From Chloroflexota bacterium (GTDB taxonomy: Bacteria > Chloroflexota > Dehalococcoidia > JACPEP01): a stretch of DNA of 64,000 nucleotides. A model generated the notes under the pieces. The model saw nothing but the letters and a program-made list of their open reading frames with translations. It had not been told where the DNA came from and ran no database searches. Below are positions 1 to 9,657 of the stretch, piece by piece. The translations under genes were made by a program, and so were the position numbers. Numbering within the stretch: position 1 is the stretch's first letter; each line of letters starts with the position of its first letter. The stretch is from NCBI GenBank assembly GCA_016183425.1, contig JACPEP010000007.1, positions 2,113 to 66,112 of the forward strand, in the 5' to 3' direction.

Positions 1-1
1 G

Positions 2-166
2 GAGGCCCAACTGAATAAAGTGCCTTATATGCTCATCGTGGGGGACAAGGAGGCCGCCGCCGGCAATCTGTCCCTTCGCTTGCGCAGCGGTCAGGACCTG
101 GGCCCCCAAACAGTGGCCCAGTTCCTGACCCGAATCAGAGAGGATATTGCCCAAAAGGCTTCGTAA
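2..166 (+). CDS. thrS: Threonyl-tRNA synthetase, C-terminal fragment (gene begins before the window)
   Basis: Manual translation EAQLNKVPYMLIVGDKEAAAGNLSLRLRSGQDLG...KAS* matches the ThrRS anticodon-binding C-terminus. Confidence 0.88.
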   Translation, partial: EAQLNKVPYMLIVGDKEAAAGNLSLRLRSGQDLGPQTVAQFLTRIREDIAQKAS

Positions 167-192
167 GGAGCGGGCTGTTAGCGGGGGAAAAG

Positions 193-786
193 GTGAACAG
201 AAAAGGATTCATTACCATACTGGTGCTGGCAGGGGCGGTGGTTATCGTAGCCCTGGTTGCCTTATACTTACTGGAGGGTGATTCGTCTCAGGCTATCGGT
301 TCTTCCCGCCCCCTCTCCCTGGGGTCTCCCTCAGACGGCAATCCCTCTTCTTCCTTAACAGCGCCTCAGCTTGGCCGCCCTATCCCCGATTTCACCCTTT
401 CCACCCTGGACGGAGGCTCCCTGACCTTGAGCCAGCTTCGAGGGAAAACGGTGCTCATCAACTTCTGGGCCTCCTGGTGCCCGCCTTGTCGCGCCGAGAT
501 GCCTGACCTGCAAAAGGTCTACGAGGAGTATCGGGACAAGGACTTTGTGATCGTAGCCGTGAACATCCAGGAGGACCGGGATACGGCGGCCAACTTCATC
601 AAGCGCATGGGGCTGACCTTCCCAGTGGCCCTGGACACCACCGGCCAGGTGACGGCCGGCTATCGCATAACCTACATCCCCACCACCTTCTTTGTGGACA
701 AAGAGGGTATCGTGAGACAGGTGGCCGTGGGCCAGATGAACCGTGCCTCTATCCTCGCCAAGCTAAGGGCCACTACGGGACCGTAA
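193..786 (+). CDS. resA: Membrane-anchored TlpA/ResA thiol-disulfide oxidoreductase
   Basis: N-terminal TM helix, INFWASWCPPC motif, IPTTFFVD; directly upstream of a ResB-like gene. Confidence 0.85.
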   Translation: MNRKGFITILVLAGAVVIVALVALYLLEGDSSQAIGSSRPLSLGSPSDGNPSSSLTAPQLGRPIPDFTLSTLDGGSLTLSQLRGKTVLINFWASWCPPCRAEMPDLQKVYEEYRDKDFVIVAVNIQEDRDTAANFIKRMGLTFPVALDTTGQVTAGYRITYIPTTFFVDKEGIVRQVAVGQMNRASILAKLRATTGP

Positions 787-793
787 GATAACC

Positions 794-2164
794 ATGGATA
801 GGGCGGCCACCACCGCGGCGGACGCCGAAAAAGGAAGCGGGGAGAACCTCTTCGCCTCCATCTGGCAGTTTTTTACCTCTCAGCGCACCGCCGTCCTCAT
901 CATTATCTTCATTGCCCTGGCCTCTCTAGTGGGCGCTCTCATCGTACAGGTGCCCGCGGACATTGCCCAAAGCCCCGCCGACTACGCCTCCTGGTTGGAG
1001 TCCATGCGGGACAAATACGGCGCTCTCACCGGTGTCTTCCGCCTTCTAGATATCTTCAATATCTACAACAGCCTCTGGTACCGCATCGGCCTGGCTCTCC
1101 TGGGCATCAACATCATGGTGTGCACCGTAAACCGTTTCCCTCCCTTGTGGCGCTCCCTGGCTACCCCCCGCCTTCGCCTGGCGGACTCATACTACCAGAC
1201 GGCCCCCCACCATCTGGCCGTGCCGACACGAAAAGGAGAAAAACTGTCCCACGTCCTCAGGGGCAAGGGCTATCAGGTACGTCAGGTACGAGAGGGCGAC
1301 TCTCTCTATGTTTACGGCGACCGTTTTGGCTGGGCCAAGCTGGGTAGTATGGTGGGACACTTAGGATTGATACTGGTGGTGGTGGGTGCTCTTTGGACAA
1401 ACATCGGCGGCTTTGAGGTGGATGCCGTTATCCCCGAAGGAAACACCACCCCCGTCTATCCCGTGCAGCACCCTCAGCAGATTCAGATCCGCAACGATAA
1501 ATTCGTGGCCGAGTTTTACCCCGATGGCCGTCCTAAAGACTTCTACAGCGACATCGTTCTCTTTCAGGGAGGCAGGGAGGTTAAGCGGGGGCGGGTGCGC
1601 GTCAACGAGTCCCTCTCCTACCAGGGGATCACCTTCCACCAGTCTTTCTATGGCCCGGCCGCCGCCCTGGAGGTTAAGAACGAGGAGGGACGGGTGCTGG
1701 TCTCGGATACGGTGGCCCTGACTGGGAATATGAACGGCATCCCTTACCAGTGGCTCTCCATCCCCCTTACCGACTATACCGTCTTCCTCAGCTTGATGCC
1801 CAGCAAAGAGTCGGGAAAGGAGCGCCTGGCCATCTTGGGCTATAAAGAAACCACTGGTGACTTCTCCCAGCCCGACCTTCAGCTCACCCTTCAGGCCGGA
1901 GAGGCAAAGAACGCGGGGGGGCTACAGTTCTCTTTCGAGGGGGCCAAACAGTACACTGGCTTGCGCGTGAGGAGGAATCCCGGGGGTAGCCTTATTTGGA
2001 CCGCCAGCGGTCTCCTCATTTTGGGGCTCTCCATCGCTCTCTATTTTCCCCGCCGCCGCGTCTGGGCCCTGGTCACTACCTCCAGAACCCACCTGGTGGC
2101 CATTGGCGACCGCTTTGTTGATGCGGACAAAGAGCTGAGGGCCATCGTCCAGGGGATGAAGTAG
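794..2164 (+). CDS. resB: Cytochrome c biogenesis protein ResB/CcsB (system II)
   Basis: N-terminal TMs, IYNSLWY, GHLG, VNESLSYQG, C-terminal RRNPG + TM + PRRRVW. Confidence 0.85.
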   Translation: MDRAATTAADAEKGSGENLFASIWQFFTSQRTAVLIIIFIALASLVGALIVQVPADIAQSPADYASWLESMRDKYGALTGVFRLLDIFNIYNSLWYRIGLALLGINIMVCTVNRFPPLWRSLATPRLRLADSYYQTAPHHLAVPTRKGEKLSHVLRGKGYQVRQVREGDSLYVYGDRFGWAKLGSMVGHLGLILVVVGALWTNIGGFEVDAVIPEGNTTPVYPVQHPQQIQIRNDKFVAEFYPDGRPKDFYSDIVLFQGGREVKRGRVRVNESLSYQGITFHQSFYGPAAALEVKNEEGRVLVSDTVALTGNMNGIPYQWLSIPLTDYTVFLSLMPSKESGKERLAILGYKETTGDFSQPDLQLTLQAGEAKNAGGLQFSFEGAKQYTGLRVRRNPGGSLIWTASGLLILGLSIALYFPRRRVWALVTTSRTHLVAIGDRFVDADKELRAIVQGMK

Positions 2165-2181
2165 TCTCACCCCTTTTTTCC

Positions 2182-2211
2182 TTGACACCCCCTGGGAGTT
2201 GGTGATACATT
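2182..2211 (+). promoter_or_regulatory. Sigma70-type promoter
   Basis: TTGACA-N18-TACATT with extended -10 TG, about 20 nt upstream of the ATG at 2232. Confidence 0.55.
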
Positions 2212-2231
2212 GCCAGAAGCGAGGCGCAACC

Positions 2232-2714
2232 ATGGACATAATGCGCTACACTATCATTGATAAGCGGGGTGGGGTCAGCTTCATCGGGCGCTGCGAAGCC
2301 TTCCTGGCCCTGGTGGCCGCCTGTGCCCACAACCCCGATACCTTAGAAGGGTTCCTGGAGGCGGCGGATACCTACTACCGTTCCATCAAGGACTACGTCC
2401 TCAGCGGCCTGGCCGTCTTCGACGAGTGGAACGTAGAGGGAAACTACGCCGCCATTCATGGCGCGCTGAGGTTCTATCCTCCCCCGGAGCACCCCGTATT
2501 CCGCGTGGTGGACGAGGTTACCCGAGAGACCAGCTTGCGTCCCGTGAAGGCGGGAGTCATTCTCTTCAATCTCCTGGCCAAACGAATTGTCCAGATCCAG
2601 AACAGCTTTCAAGAGGTGGGGCGCAAAGGCCGCCTGAGGGTGTACGACGGCAATCGGGCCACGGATGAGGTTATGCAATACAACCTGCCCTCAGAGTGGT
2701 CGGTGGTGCCATGA
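2232..2714 (+). CDS. Hypothetical protein, translationally coupled to alr
   Basis: ATG preceded by GAGG; stop overlaps the alr start (ATGA). Confidence 0.7.
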   Translation: MDIMRYTIIDKRGGVSFIGRCEAFLALVAACAHNPDTLEGFLEAADTYYRSIKDYVLSGLAVFDEWNVEGNYAAIHGALRFYPPPEHPVFRVVDEVTRETSLRPVKAGVILFNLLAKRIVQIQNSFQEVGRKGRLRVYDGNRATDEVMQYNLPSEWSVVP

Positions 2715-3913
2715 GCCAGGATTTCCCTGTGGGGGGCGAGGTGTGGTTTGGGCGACCCGCCTGGGCGGAGGTCGACTTGGATGCCATCCAGCACAATGTG
2801 CGGGAGCTGCGGCGATGCATCGGCCCCCGGCCGGAAATGCTGGCGGTGGTCAAGGCCAATGCCTACGGCCACGGCGCTGTTCCGGTGGCGGAGACGGTTC
2901 TGGCGGCGGGGGCACAGCGCCTGGGGGTCTTCTGCGCCGATGAAGGGGTTCAGCTTCGCCAGGCGGGGATAGGGGTTCCCATCCATGTCCTGGGCTACAC
3001 GCCGCCCTGGGAGGCGGAGAAGGTGGTGCGCCACCGCCTCACCCCCACCGTGAACAGCCGCCAGTTGGCTCTGGCCCTGGCCCGTTTCGCCGCCAAGGAG
3101 GGAGCGCCTCTCCCCGTTCACCTGAAGGTGGACACCGGCTTGAGCCGTTTTGGCCTCCCCCCTCAGGAGGTGGAGGACTTCGCTCGCTTCGTGGCCGCTC
3201 TGTCCAGCCTGGAGACGGAGGGGCTGTTCACCCACTTCGCCACCGCCGACGAGGCGGATAAGGCCTTCACCCGTAAGCAGTTCGCCGCCTTTCTCACCGT
3301 GGCCCAGCGCCTGCCCCCCATCCCCTTCCGCCACGTGGCCAACAGCGCCACCACCATGGACCTGCCGGAGATGGCCCTGGACATGGTGCGCCCGGGCATC
3401 GCCATCTACGGTGCCTACCCCTCGCCAGAGGTGGGCCGCTCCCTATCTCTGAAGCCGGCCCTGGCCCTCAAGAGCCGTATCGCCCGCCTGCACCGTCTGG
3501 CGCCGGGGGAGGGGGTAAGCTACGGCCTCACCTGGGTGGCCCAGCAACCCACCCACATCGCCCTCATTACCATCGGCTACGCCGACGGCCTGCCCCGCTG
3601 CCTGTCCAATCGGGGCGCCGTTCTCCTTCGGGGGCAGCGGGCACCCATCATAGGCCGCATCTGCATGGACCAGTGCGTGGTGGACGTGACCCACATCCCC
3701 GATGTAAGTCTTAACGACCCGGTGGTGGTCATCGGGCGGCAGGGGGAGGCGGAGATCACTGCCGACGAGGTGGCCTCCCTGGCGGGCACCATCAGCTACG
3801 AGATACTGTGTGGCATCTCCGCCCGGGTGCCCCGGGTCTATCTGAGGGGGGGTCGGGTGGTGCGGGTCACCACCCTGGTGGAGGAGGAAACCCCCGCTCC
3901 CTCACTCTCCTGA
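2711..3913 (+). CDS. alr: Alanine racemase
   Basis: AVVKANAYGHG (PLP lysine), HLKVDTG, VSYG, IGYADG, GRICMDQ, TISYE. Confidence 0.96.
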   Translation: MSQDFPVGGEVWFGRPAWAEVDLDAIQHNVRELRRCIGPRPEMLAVVKANAYGHGAVPVAETVLAAGAQRLGVFCADEGVQLRQAGIGVPIHVLGYTPPWEAEKVVRHRLTPTVNSRQLALALARFAAKEGAPLPVHLKVDTGLSRFGLPPQEVEDFARFVAALSSLETEGLFTHFATADEADKAFTRKQFAAFLTVAQRLPPIPFRHVANSATTMDLPEMALDMVRPGIAIYGAYPSPEVGRSLSLKPALALKSRIARLHRLAPGEGVSYGLTWVAQQPTHIALITIGYADGLPRCLSNRGAVLLRGQRAPIIGRICMDQCVVDVTHIPDVSLNDPVVVIGRQGEAEITADEVASLAGTISYEILCGISARVPRVYLRGGRVVRVTTLVEEETPAPSLS

Positions 3914-3962
3914 GCCTCTTCAGGATTACTCTGCACTGTTTAGCATTGTCCTATGCTAGAGC

Positions 3963-4132
3963 ATAGCCCCTGGCTTATGGCTGTAAACTAACTAATATGC
4001 CTCAAAGATAGGAGCCCATTGTCATTCTGATCCGCCAGTGGCGGAGAGAAATCTCCAAGGCTACGAAGAGATTCTTCGGTCGCTGCGCTCCCTCAGAATG
4101 ACAAAATGTCATGTTATTTTGTTGATGACCAT
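3963..4132. mobile_element. Degenerate MITE-like element, copy 1
   Basis: Inner TGTCATTCTGA...TCAGAATGACA hairpin; 36 nt at 4068-4103 identical to 44269-44304; eroded terminal repeats resemble those at 44159 and 44347. Confidence 0.65.
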
Positions 4133-4143
4133 CATCCAACGGT

Positions 4144-4440
4144 CTAATCAGAATCCCCAGGGTCAAGCGCCAGAGCCCGCAGACTCTGAGCGCTGGTGAC
4201 GTTGCCGCTAGCACCCAGACGCTCCAGCCTATTCATGGCCTCCCGCAGGGGCAGCTCCAGTAGCGCCGCCACTTCTCTTAGAGTAAGCTCCCCTTCCCGG
4301 TAGAGCTGGGCCACGTATCGTTCCAGCCCCATGTGAAGCAACTTGCGAGTGGCGGCCGAGGCATCCAGGGCCTCCCGTCGCTGTAACAACTCTACCCCGC
4401 GTAACAGGGGGTCCGAGAGTCTGACTGCTTTGGCCTTCAC
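4144..4440 (-). CDS. UPF0175-family protein (putative antitoxin)
   Basis: 98 aa; RHH-like N-terminus and LYREGELTLREVAALLEL HTH. Confidence 0.7.
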   Translation of the reverse strand: MKAKAVRLSDPLLRGVELLQRREALDASAATRKLLHMGLERYVAQLYREGELTLREVAALLELPLREAMNRLERLGASGNVTSAQSLRALALDPGDSD

Positions 4441-4508
4441 GGCTTACTCTCCTCGCTCCTCAGTGCCTCCAGGGCCAGGCGAGCGGTGACGTATTCTTCA
4501 GAGCTCGC
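4437..4508 (-). pseudogene. 3' remnant of a gene formerly coupled to UPF0175 (possibly a PIN toxin)
   Basis: Reads ASSEEYVTARLALEALRSEESKP* with TGA overlapping the GTG of UPF0175; breaks off just before the REP palindrome. Confidence 0.4.
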
Positions 4509-4518
4509 CCCTTCACTC

Positions 4519-4598
4519 CCCTGACCCTTTAGGTCGGTAGTCGGCCTCGTCCCTGAGGCCGACTACCGACCTAAAGGGTCAGGGACGACCCCGCCTAC
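4519..4598. repeat. Nested GTAG-type REP palindrome
   Basis: Perfect 30-bp arms (4519-4548 and 4555-4584); the tail is the reverse complement of GTAGGCGGGGTCGTCCCT, as at 44376. Confidence 0.8.
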
Positions 4599-4693
4599 TG
4601 CTTAGCTGTTCACGGCCCCGCCAGAGGCGGAGGGGCGCCAGCGACCCTTACTCCGACCGGGGAGGGCTCAGGGTGACCGCCGGGGAGGGAGAA

Positions 4694-4767
4694 TCGGGGC
4701 GAGAGGATTTGAACCTCCGACCACCTGTACCCCATACAGGTGCGCTACCAGACTGCGCTACGCCCCG
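4694..4767 (-). tRNA. tRNA-Pro(GGG)
   Basis: CGGGGCGTAGCGCAGTCTGGTAGCGCA-CCTGT-ATGGGGT-ACAGG...GGTTCAAATCC; CCA not encoded. Confidence 0.95.
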
Positions 4768-4935
4768 ACCTACCGTATCCTACCACAGCCGCCCCCAGGT
4801 TTCAAGGCGAAGCCAGGGAAGATGCTGGCTACCAGGCCGGCCACTGTTGGGCCGTTCTCTTCCCTGGGCGTGGCCGGGGGCCGTGTCACTGTAGGGGAGG
4901 GGAGAAGTAGGAGGGAAGAACATGAACGCCGCCTT

Positions 4936-6780
4936 TTACTTCTCAATGCAACGCAACAAGGCGGCCACCACCTGAGGATCGAAGTGACTTCCCGCCCCCT
5001 TTTCGATCTCGGCGGTCGCCTCAGTGCTGGACACTGCTGGCTGGTAGGGTCGCCCCGAGGTGTTGGCGTCGTAAACGTCGGCCACCGCCATGATGCGAGC
5101 TTCCAGGGGGATGGCCTCCCCCTTCAGCCCCCTCGGGTAGCCGCTGCCATCGTAGCGCTCATGGTGGGCCTTCACGATGTCCACGGCTTCTTTCAAGAAG
5201 TCTAAATAGCGCAGCAGGTCTACCCCTCTTGATACGTGGAGACGCACCTCCGATGTCTCATGAGGGTCCAAGGGGCCCGGCTTGAGTAGGATACTATCGG
5301 GAACGCCTATCTTGCCCACGTCATGGAGGATGGCGGCAGTGTGGGCCGTCCGCCGCCTCTCTTCAGAGAGACCCATCTCCCGACATATCATGTCGGTCAT
5401 GAAAGCCACCCGCTCCGAGTGCCCCCTCAGGTGAAAATCGCGCGCCTCCAGCATGAGGACCAGGGTGCGCCCCATGTCCAGATAGGCCTCTTGCAGCCTT
5501 TGTCGGCTACCCTCTAGAACGGCTATACCATCCAGCACCCTTTCATGCTCCCTGGCCAGCGCCTCGGCCTTCTCTTTGATCTCCTGGTATAAACGGAAGT
5601 TCACCACCGCCGTGGCTACCGGCCCCGCCAACTCCTGGAGGATATCCACCTCCTTCTTCCCGTAGGCATGGGGGAGGCGTCCGCCCAGGCTCAGAATGCC
5701 CAGGACCTCATTCTCGTAGAACAAGGGCACTCGCACGTAGGAGCGCCGTCCCTCCCGAAGGTGAAGGTCATCCAGGGGAAACTCCCGCTTCTCCATCAGA
5801 TCGTAGGCCACATGAGGAGCTCTATGGGCAGCCACCCACTCCGATGGCGAGCCCTCCAGGGGGACTTCGTAGCCCTGGGGAAGCTCGGTAGCTGTCTCAG
5901 CGGCCAGGGTGAATACGTTCACCTTTCCTCTGGGCCTGTCTATGATGACGATGGCCGCCCGGTCAAAGTCCACCAACTGTTTCATCTGCTGGGTGAAGAC
6001 GGCAAAGGTTTTCCGCGGGTCCAGCTTGGAGTTGATGATGGCTATCATCTGGTTTAAAGCGGCGTTGCGGCGCGCTGCCCATTCCTTATCTCGATAGAGA
6101 CGGGCCTTGCCCAGGGCCCCGGCCACCTGCTCCGCTATCGCTGCCAGCAGGGGCTCGGGCTCCTTTCCTCCGCACCATGCTTGCCCGCAAGAGATGCCCA
6201 TGACACCCAAGATATCATTCCGCCACTTTAAGGGCAGAGCGCAGAGGCAAACTATCGCGGCCTTTTCCGCTATCTCCATGGTTTGACGCCTAAGCTGAGA
6301 TAGTTCCTCGGTCAGCACGGCCTTCCCGCTTTCCACCCCCAGCACAGCCTCCCCCCCCTGGGCTGCCAGACCTATGGGCCCCTCCCCCATTTTCCGCCTT
6401 TGTATCGAGGAGAAAAGAGGCGCCGCCGGCCCCGCCCGATGGAGCAAGACCAGCTCGTCTCCCTTCTCGGTCACCTCCCAGATGGAGACCATTCTTATTT
6501 GGGGCAATACCTCCACAACCTTATCGGCGGCCGCCTGTGCCACCTCCATCGGCTCTAGGTACTGGTTGCAAACGGCGGCGATATGGGAGACCGCCTCCAG
6601 CTCTCGGTTGCGCTGTTCCAGCTCAGCCAGGGCTTGGGATCGGGAAGCCAGTATTTCTCGGGCCTGGCGGTTAAGGGCGGTCACCTCTCGGTTGCGTTTT
6701 TCCAGATCCTCCGCCAGCCGGCGGCTCTCTTCCAAGGCCCGCTGTAGTGCCTCAATACTTTTGGTGTTCTCTTCTCTCAT
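4936..6780 (-). CDS. GAF-GAF-HD-GYP cyclic di-nucleotide phosphodiesterase
   Basis: N-terminal coiled coil, two GAF-like regions, HSERV, HDVGK, HHERYDGSGYP. Confidence 0.88.
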   Translation of the reverse strand: MREENTKSIEALQRALEESRRLAEDLEKRNREVTALNRQAREILASRSQALAELEQRNRELEAVSHIAAVCNQYLEPMEVAQAAADKVVEVLPQIRMVSIWEVTEKGDELVLLHRAGPAAPLFSSIQRRKMGEGPIGLAAQGGEAVLGVESGKAVLTEELSQLRRQTMEIAEKAAIVCLCALPLKWRNDILGVMGISCGQAWCGGKEPEPLLAAIAEQVAGALGKARLYRDKEWAARRNAALNQMIAIINSKLDPRKTFAVFTQQMKQLVDFDRAAIVIIDRPRGKVNVFTLAAETATELPQGYEVPLEGSPSEWVAAHRAPHVAYDLMEKREFPLDDLHLREGRRSYVRVPLFYENEVLGILSLGGRLPHAYGKKEVDILQELAGPVATAVVNFRLYQEIKEKAEALAREHERVLDGIAVLEGSRQRLQEAYLDMGRTLVLMLEARDFHLRGHSERVAFMTDMICREMGLSEERRRTAHTAAILHDVGKIGVPDSILLKPGPLDPHETSEVRLHVSRGVDLLRYLDFLKEAVDIVKAHHERYDGSGYPRGLKGEAIPLEARIMAVADVYDANTSGRPYQPAVSSTEATAEIEKGAGSHFDPQVVAALLRCIEK

Positions 6781-7081
6781 GGCCGTCCCCCTAAGAAGGG
6801 CTTTGCTTTTCAGTAGCCAAACCTAATCGCTGATAGAAACTACAGCCAAAGTCTAGAGTAGCACAGTTTTTGGGCTATGGATAGTAAATGAAGCGGCCTT
6901 TGTTGACATTAACGGTAATTTCACGGTATCTTTACGAAATATTTATTATTTCATTTTGCTACTTCTCTTTACAGCGAAGTGCTTAGGTACTCACCGCCGC
7001 AGCTAGTGCTGGGATGGCGGTGCCCTGGATGACGATAGAGTGGGGGATGACGGTGTATCTTTTGAGGAGGGCTGGCCTTTG

Positions 7082-9481
7082 TTAAAGGCCTGGGTCGCGC
7101 TGGGGGCCCCCTTGAATCAGCCTCAAGGTGCGCTCCGGGGCCAGATGGGTGTCGGTCAACTCCACACCGAAGGGGGCCAGGGCGTCGGATACGGCGCTGA
7201 TGGCGGCGATGAGGGGCGAGCCACCGCCCTCACCCATCCCTCGTGCCCCCAGGGGCGAGAATAGGGAGGGGGTCTCCACGAAATCTACTTCAAAGTGGGG
7301 TATGTCTGCCGCCGTGGGCGCTAGGTAGTCCTTGAAGGTGGAGGTCACAAGCTGCCCCCCATCGTCGTAGTAAAGCTGCTCGTAGAGGGCGGCCCCCAAC
7401 TGGTGACCGATCTGTCCGTGAATCTGCCCTTCCACGATAAGGGGGTTGATGCGAGTGCCACAATCGTCCACGTAGGCCATGCGTTTTACCTTTACCTTGC
7501 CCGTCTCGCTGTCTACCTCCACCACCATGGCCACCACGCTGTAAGAATAGGTGAGAGAGAAGTTGCCCTGCTGGTCGTTCTTGGGGAGGTGGAAGGGGGG
7601 GCGGTAGATATGATGAGCGTAGAGCCCGGCCTCCAGGTCGTCTGGCAGGTTGGCCAGGTCTCGCCAGGCGAGATGGGCTACGTCCCGCAGTGTGAGGCTG
7701 GCCCCCGTCTCCTTGTCGATTACCTTTCCCTCGTTCAACTCCAGGCGAGACGGCTCCGATTCCAGGTTATGGGCGGCGATGCGCAGAATCTTGTCCCTGA
7801 TTTTAGCCGCCGCACCCAATACCGCTCCCACCCCCACAATGGCAAAGCGGCTGGCATAGGTGCCGGAATGGACGGTGCTGGGGTCCCGGGCCGAGTCCAG
7901 GCCAGGATTTACGTAGACATCGTCGGGGGTGACCCCCAACTCATCGGCTATGATTTGGGCGATGACCGTTTCGTGGCCTTGTCCCTGGGGCACCGAGCCA
8001 CAGGCGGCCACGATGCGGCCCGTCTCGTCCATGCGGATCCAGGCGGCCTCGCTGTCGCCGGAGGCGCGGCTCTCCGGGGTGACCAGCCGAACGATGCCGG
8101 AGTTTACCGGGCAGGCGTCCATGCCCAGGGCGATACCGATGCCGATGTATCTGCCCTCTTGGCGCGCCGCCGCCTGCTCCTGGCGTACTTTGGCGTAATC
8201 GATCATGGCCACGGCGCGGCGCATAGCCTGGGGGTAGTCGCCGCCGTCCAGGATGCAGCCTGAGGGGCTCTCGTAGGGCATCTCCTCCGGGGCAACGAAG
8301 TTCTTGAGCCTTATCTCCACAGGGTCCAGGCCCATCTCTCGAGCCGCCATGTCTATCAGCCGCTCCACCAGGAAGCATTGCTGCATCTTGCCGTAGGAGC
8401 GGTTGGGCCCCACGGGACACTTGTTGGTGACCACGGAGCTGAGCTCCATGCGCAGGTTCTGGAATCGGTAGCTCACCGTGGCGTGACGGATGAAGTTGAT
8501 GACGCCGATGGGCTCGCGGCGGATGTAAGCCCCCTCGTCGTGGACGGCCCTGGCTCGCACGCCCAGGATGGTGCCGTCCTTTTTCATGGCTATCTCGCCG
8601 TCAAACTTGATCTCGCTGCCGTGGGCGCTGGCCTGGAGGTGCCCCGTTCTGTCCTCCACCCACTTCACGGGGCGGCCCGTTCTCAGAGCGAGGAGGCCTA
8701 CCAAAATCATATAGGGGTATGAGTCGTTTTTGATGCCGAAGCCGCCCCCGATGTCGGGACAGATGAAGCGAAGACGCTCTTCGGGGAGGTTAAGGCCCCG
8801 GGCGATGAAGCGCCGATTGAAGACGGGGCGCTGGGAGTTGCTCCAGATGGTCAGCTCGTTCCGGGACGGGTCGTAATTGGCCATGATAACGTTGGGCTCC
8901 ATGGGGGCTGAGGTGAAGCGATGAAAGTGGAGTCGAGCCTTGGTGACGTGGTCTGCCTCTCGAAAGGCGGTCTCCACGTCTCCATAGTCGAAGACCTTGT
9001 GCCACACGTGGTTGGAAGGAACCTCCTCGTGGAGGAGAGGGGCATCCTTCTCCAGGGCCTTATCGGTATCCATCACCGCCGGTAGAGGCTCGTAGTCCAC
9101 CTGGACAAGCTCCAGGGCGTCCTCGGCCTGGTACTTGGTCTCCGCTACCACCGCCGCCACCGCCTCCCCCACATAGCGCACCTTCTCGCCGGCCATGCAG
9201 AAGTCCTTGATAAGGTTGTATGGGGCCGCCAGCATATTGGGGGTGTGCTGGCCCAGGCGTCGCACCTCCTCCCCCGTCATTACATAGACGACGCCCGGAG
9301 CGGCCAAAGCGGCGGAGGCGTCTATGCTCAGAATGCGGGCGTGGGCGTGGGGGCTGCGGAGGAGGGCGACGTGGAGCAGGCCGGGGAGCTTCAGGTCATC
9401 GGTGTAGGTGCCTTTTCCGGTGAGGAAGCGGGGATCCTCCTTGCGTTTCAGTGGCGTTCCCACCCATTTTCGTGCCGACAC
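7082..9481 (-). CDS. Xanthine dehydrogenase/CoxL-family molybdopterin-binding large subunit
   Basis: RKEDPRFLTGKG, DIGGGFG, QGQGHET, GTYASR, INPLIVEGQ, GARGMGEGG; active-site loop PNRSYGK. Confidence 0.9.
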   Translation of the reverse strand: MSARKWVGTPLKRKEDPRFLTGKGTYTDDLKLPGLLHVALLRSPHAHARILSIDASAALAAPGVVYVMTGEEVRRLGQHTPNMLAAPYNLIKDFCMAGEKVRYVGEAVAAVVAETKYQAEDALELVQVDYEPLPAVMDTDKALEKDAPLLHEEVPSNHVWHKVFDYGDVETAFREADHVTKARLHFHRFTSAPMEPNVIMANYDPSRNELTIWSNSQRPVFNRRFIARGLNLPEERLRFICPDIGGGFGIKNDSYPYMILVGLLALRTGRPVKWVEDRTGHLQASAHGSEIKFDGEIAMKKDGTILGVRARAVHDEGAYIRREPIGVINFIRHATVSYRFQNLRMELSSVVTNKCPVGPNRSYGKMQQCFLVERLIDMAAREMGLDPVEIRLKNFVAPEEMPYESPSGCILDGGDYPQAMRRAVAMIDYAKVRQEQAAARQEGRYIGIGIALGMDACPVNSGIVRLVTPESRASGDSEAAWIRMDETGRIVAACGSVPQGQGHETVIAQIIADELGVTPDDVYVNPGLDSARDPSTVHSGTYASRFAIVGVGAVLGAAAKIRDKILRIAAHNLESEPSRLELNEGKVIDKETGASLTLRDVAHLAWRDLANLPDDLEAGLYAHHIYRPPFHLPKNDQQGNFSLTYSYSVVAMVVEVDSETGKVKVKRMAYVDDCGTRINPLIVEGQIHGQIGHQLGAALYEQLYYDDGGQLVTSTFKDYLAPTAADIPHFEVDFVETPSLFSPLGARGMGEGGGSPLIAAISAVSDALAPFGVELTDTHLAPERTLRLIQGGPQRDPGL

Positions 9482-9657
9482 TAGCGCACCCCCTTTGTTT
9501 GCGAATGCCCACCGTCAAAATCGAGTTTACCATACTCCATTTAGGGGCGGCTGACAATCCCCTGGGCTGGGGCTACAGTATCTTTACGGTGGGTACCAAA
9601 ACAGGGCGGGCAGTCTCTCGTTTATCCAGCGGGGGTCAGCACCTGCAATAGACTCGG

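Noticed and set aside
6781-7080. c-di-GMP riboswitch upstream of the HD-GYP gene
   Set aside because: I could not find the GEMM consensus elements; an Rfam scan would settle it.
7082-9481. Aerobic CO dehydrogenase CoxL
   Set aside because: Lacks the AYxCSFR motif and has no adjacent coxM/coxS.
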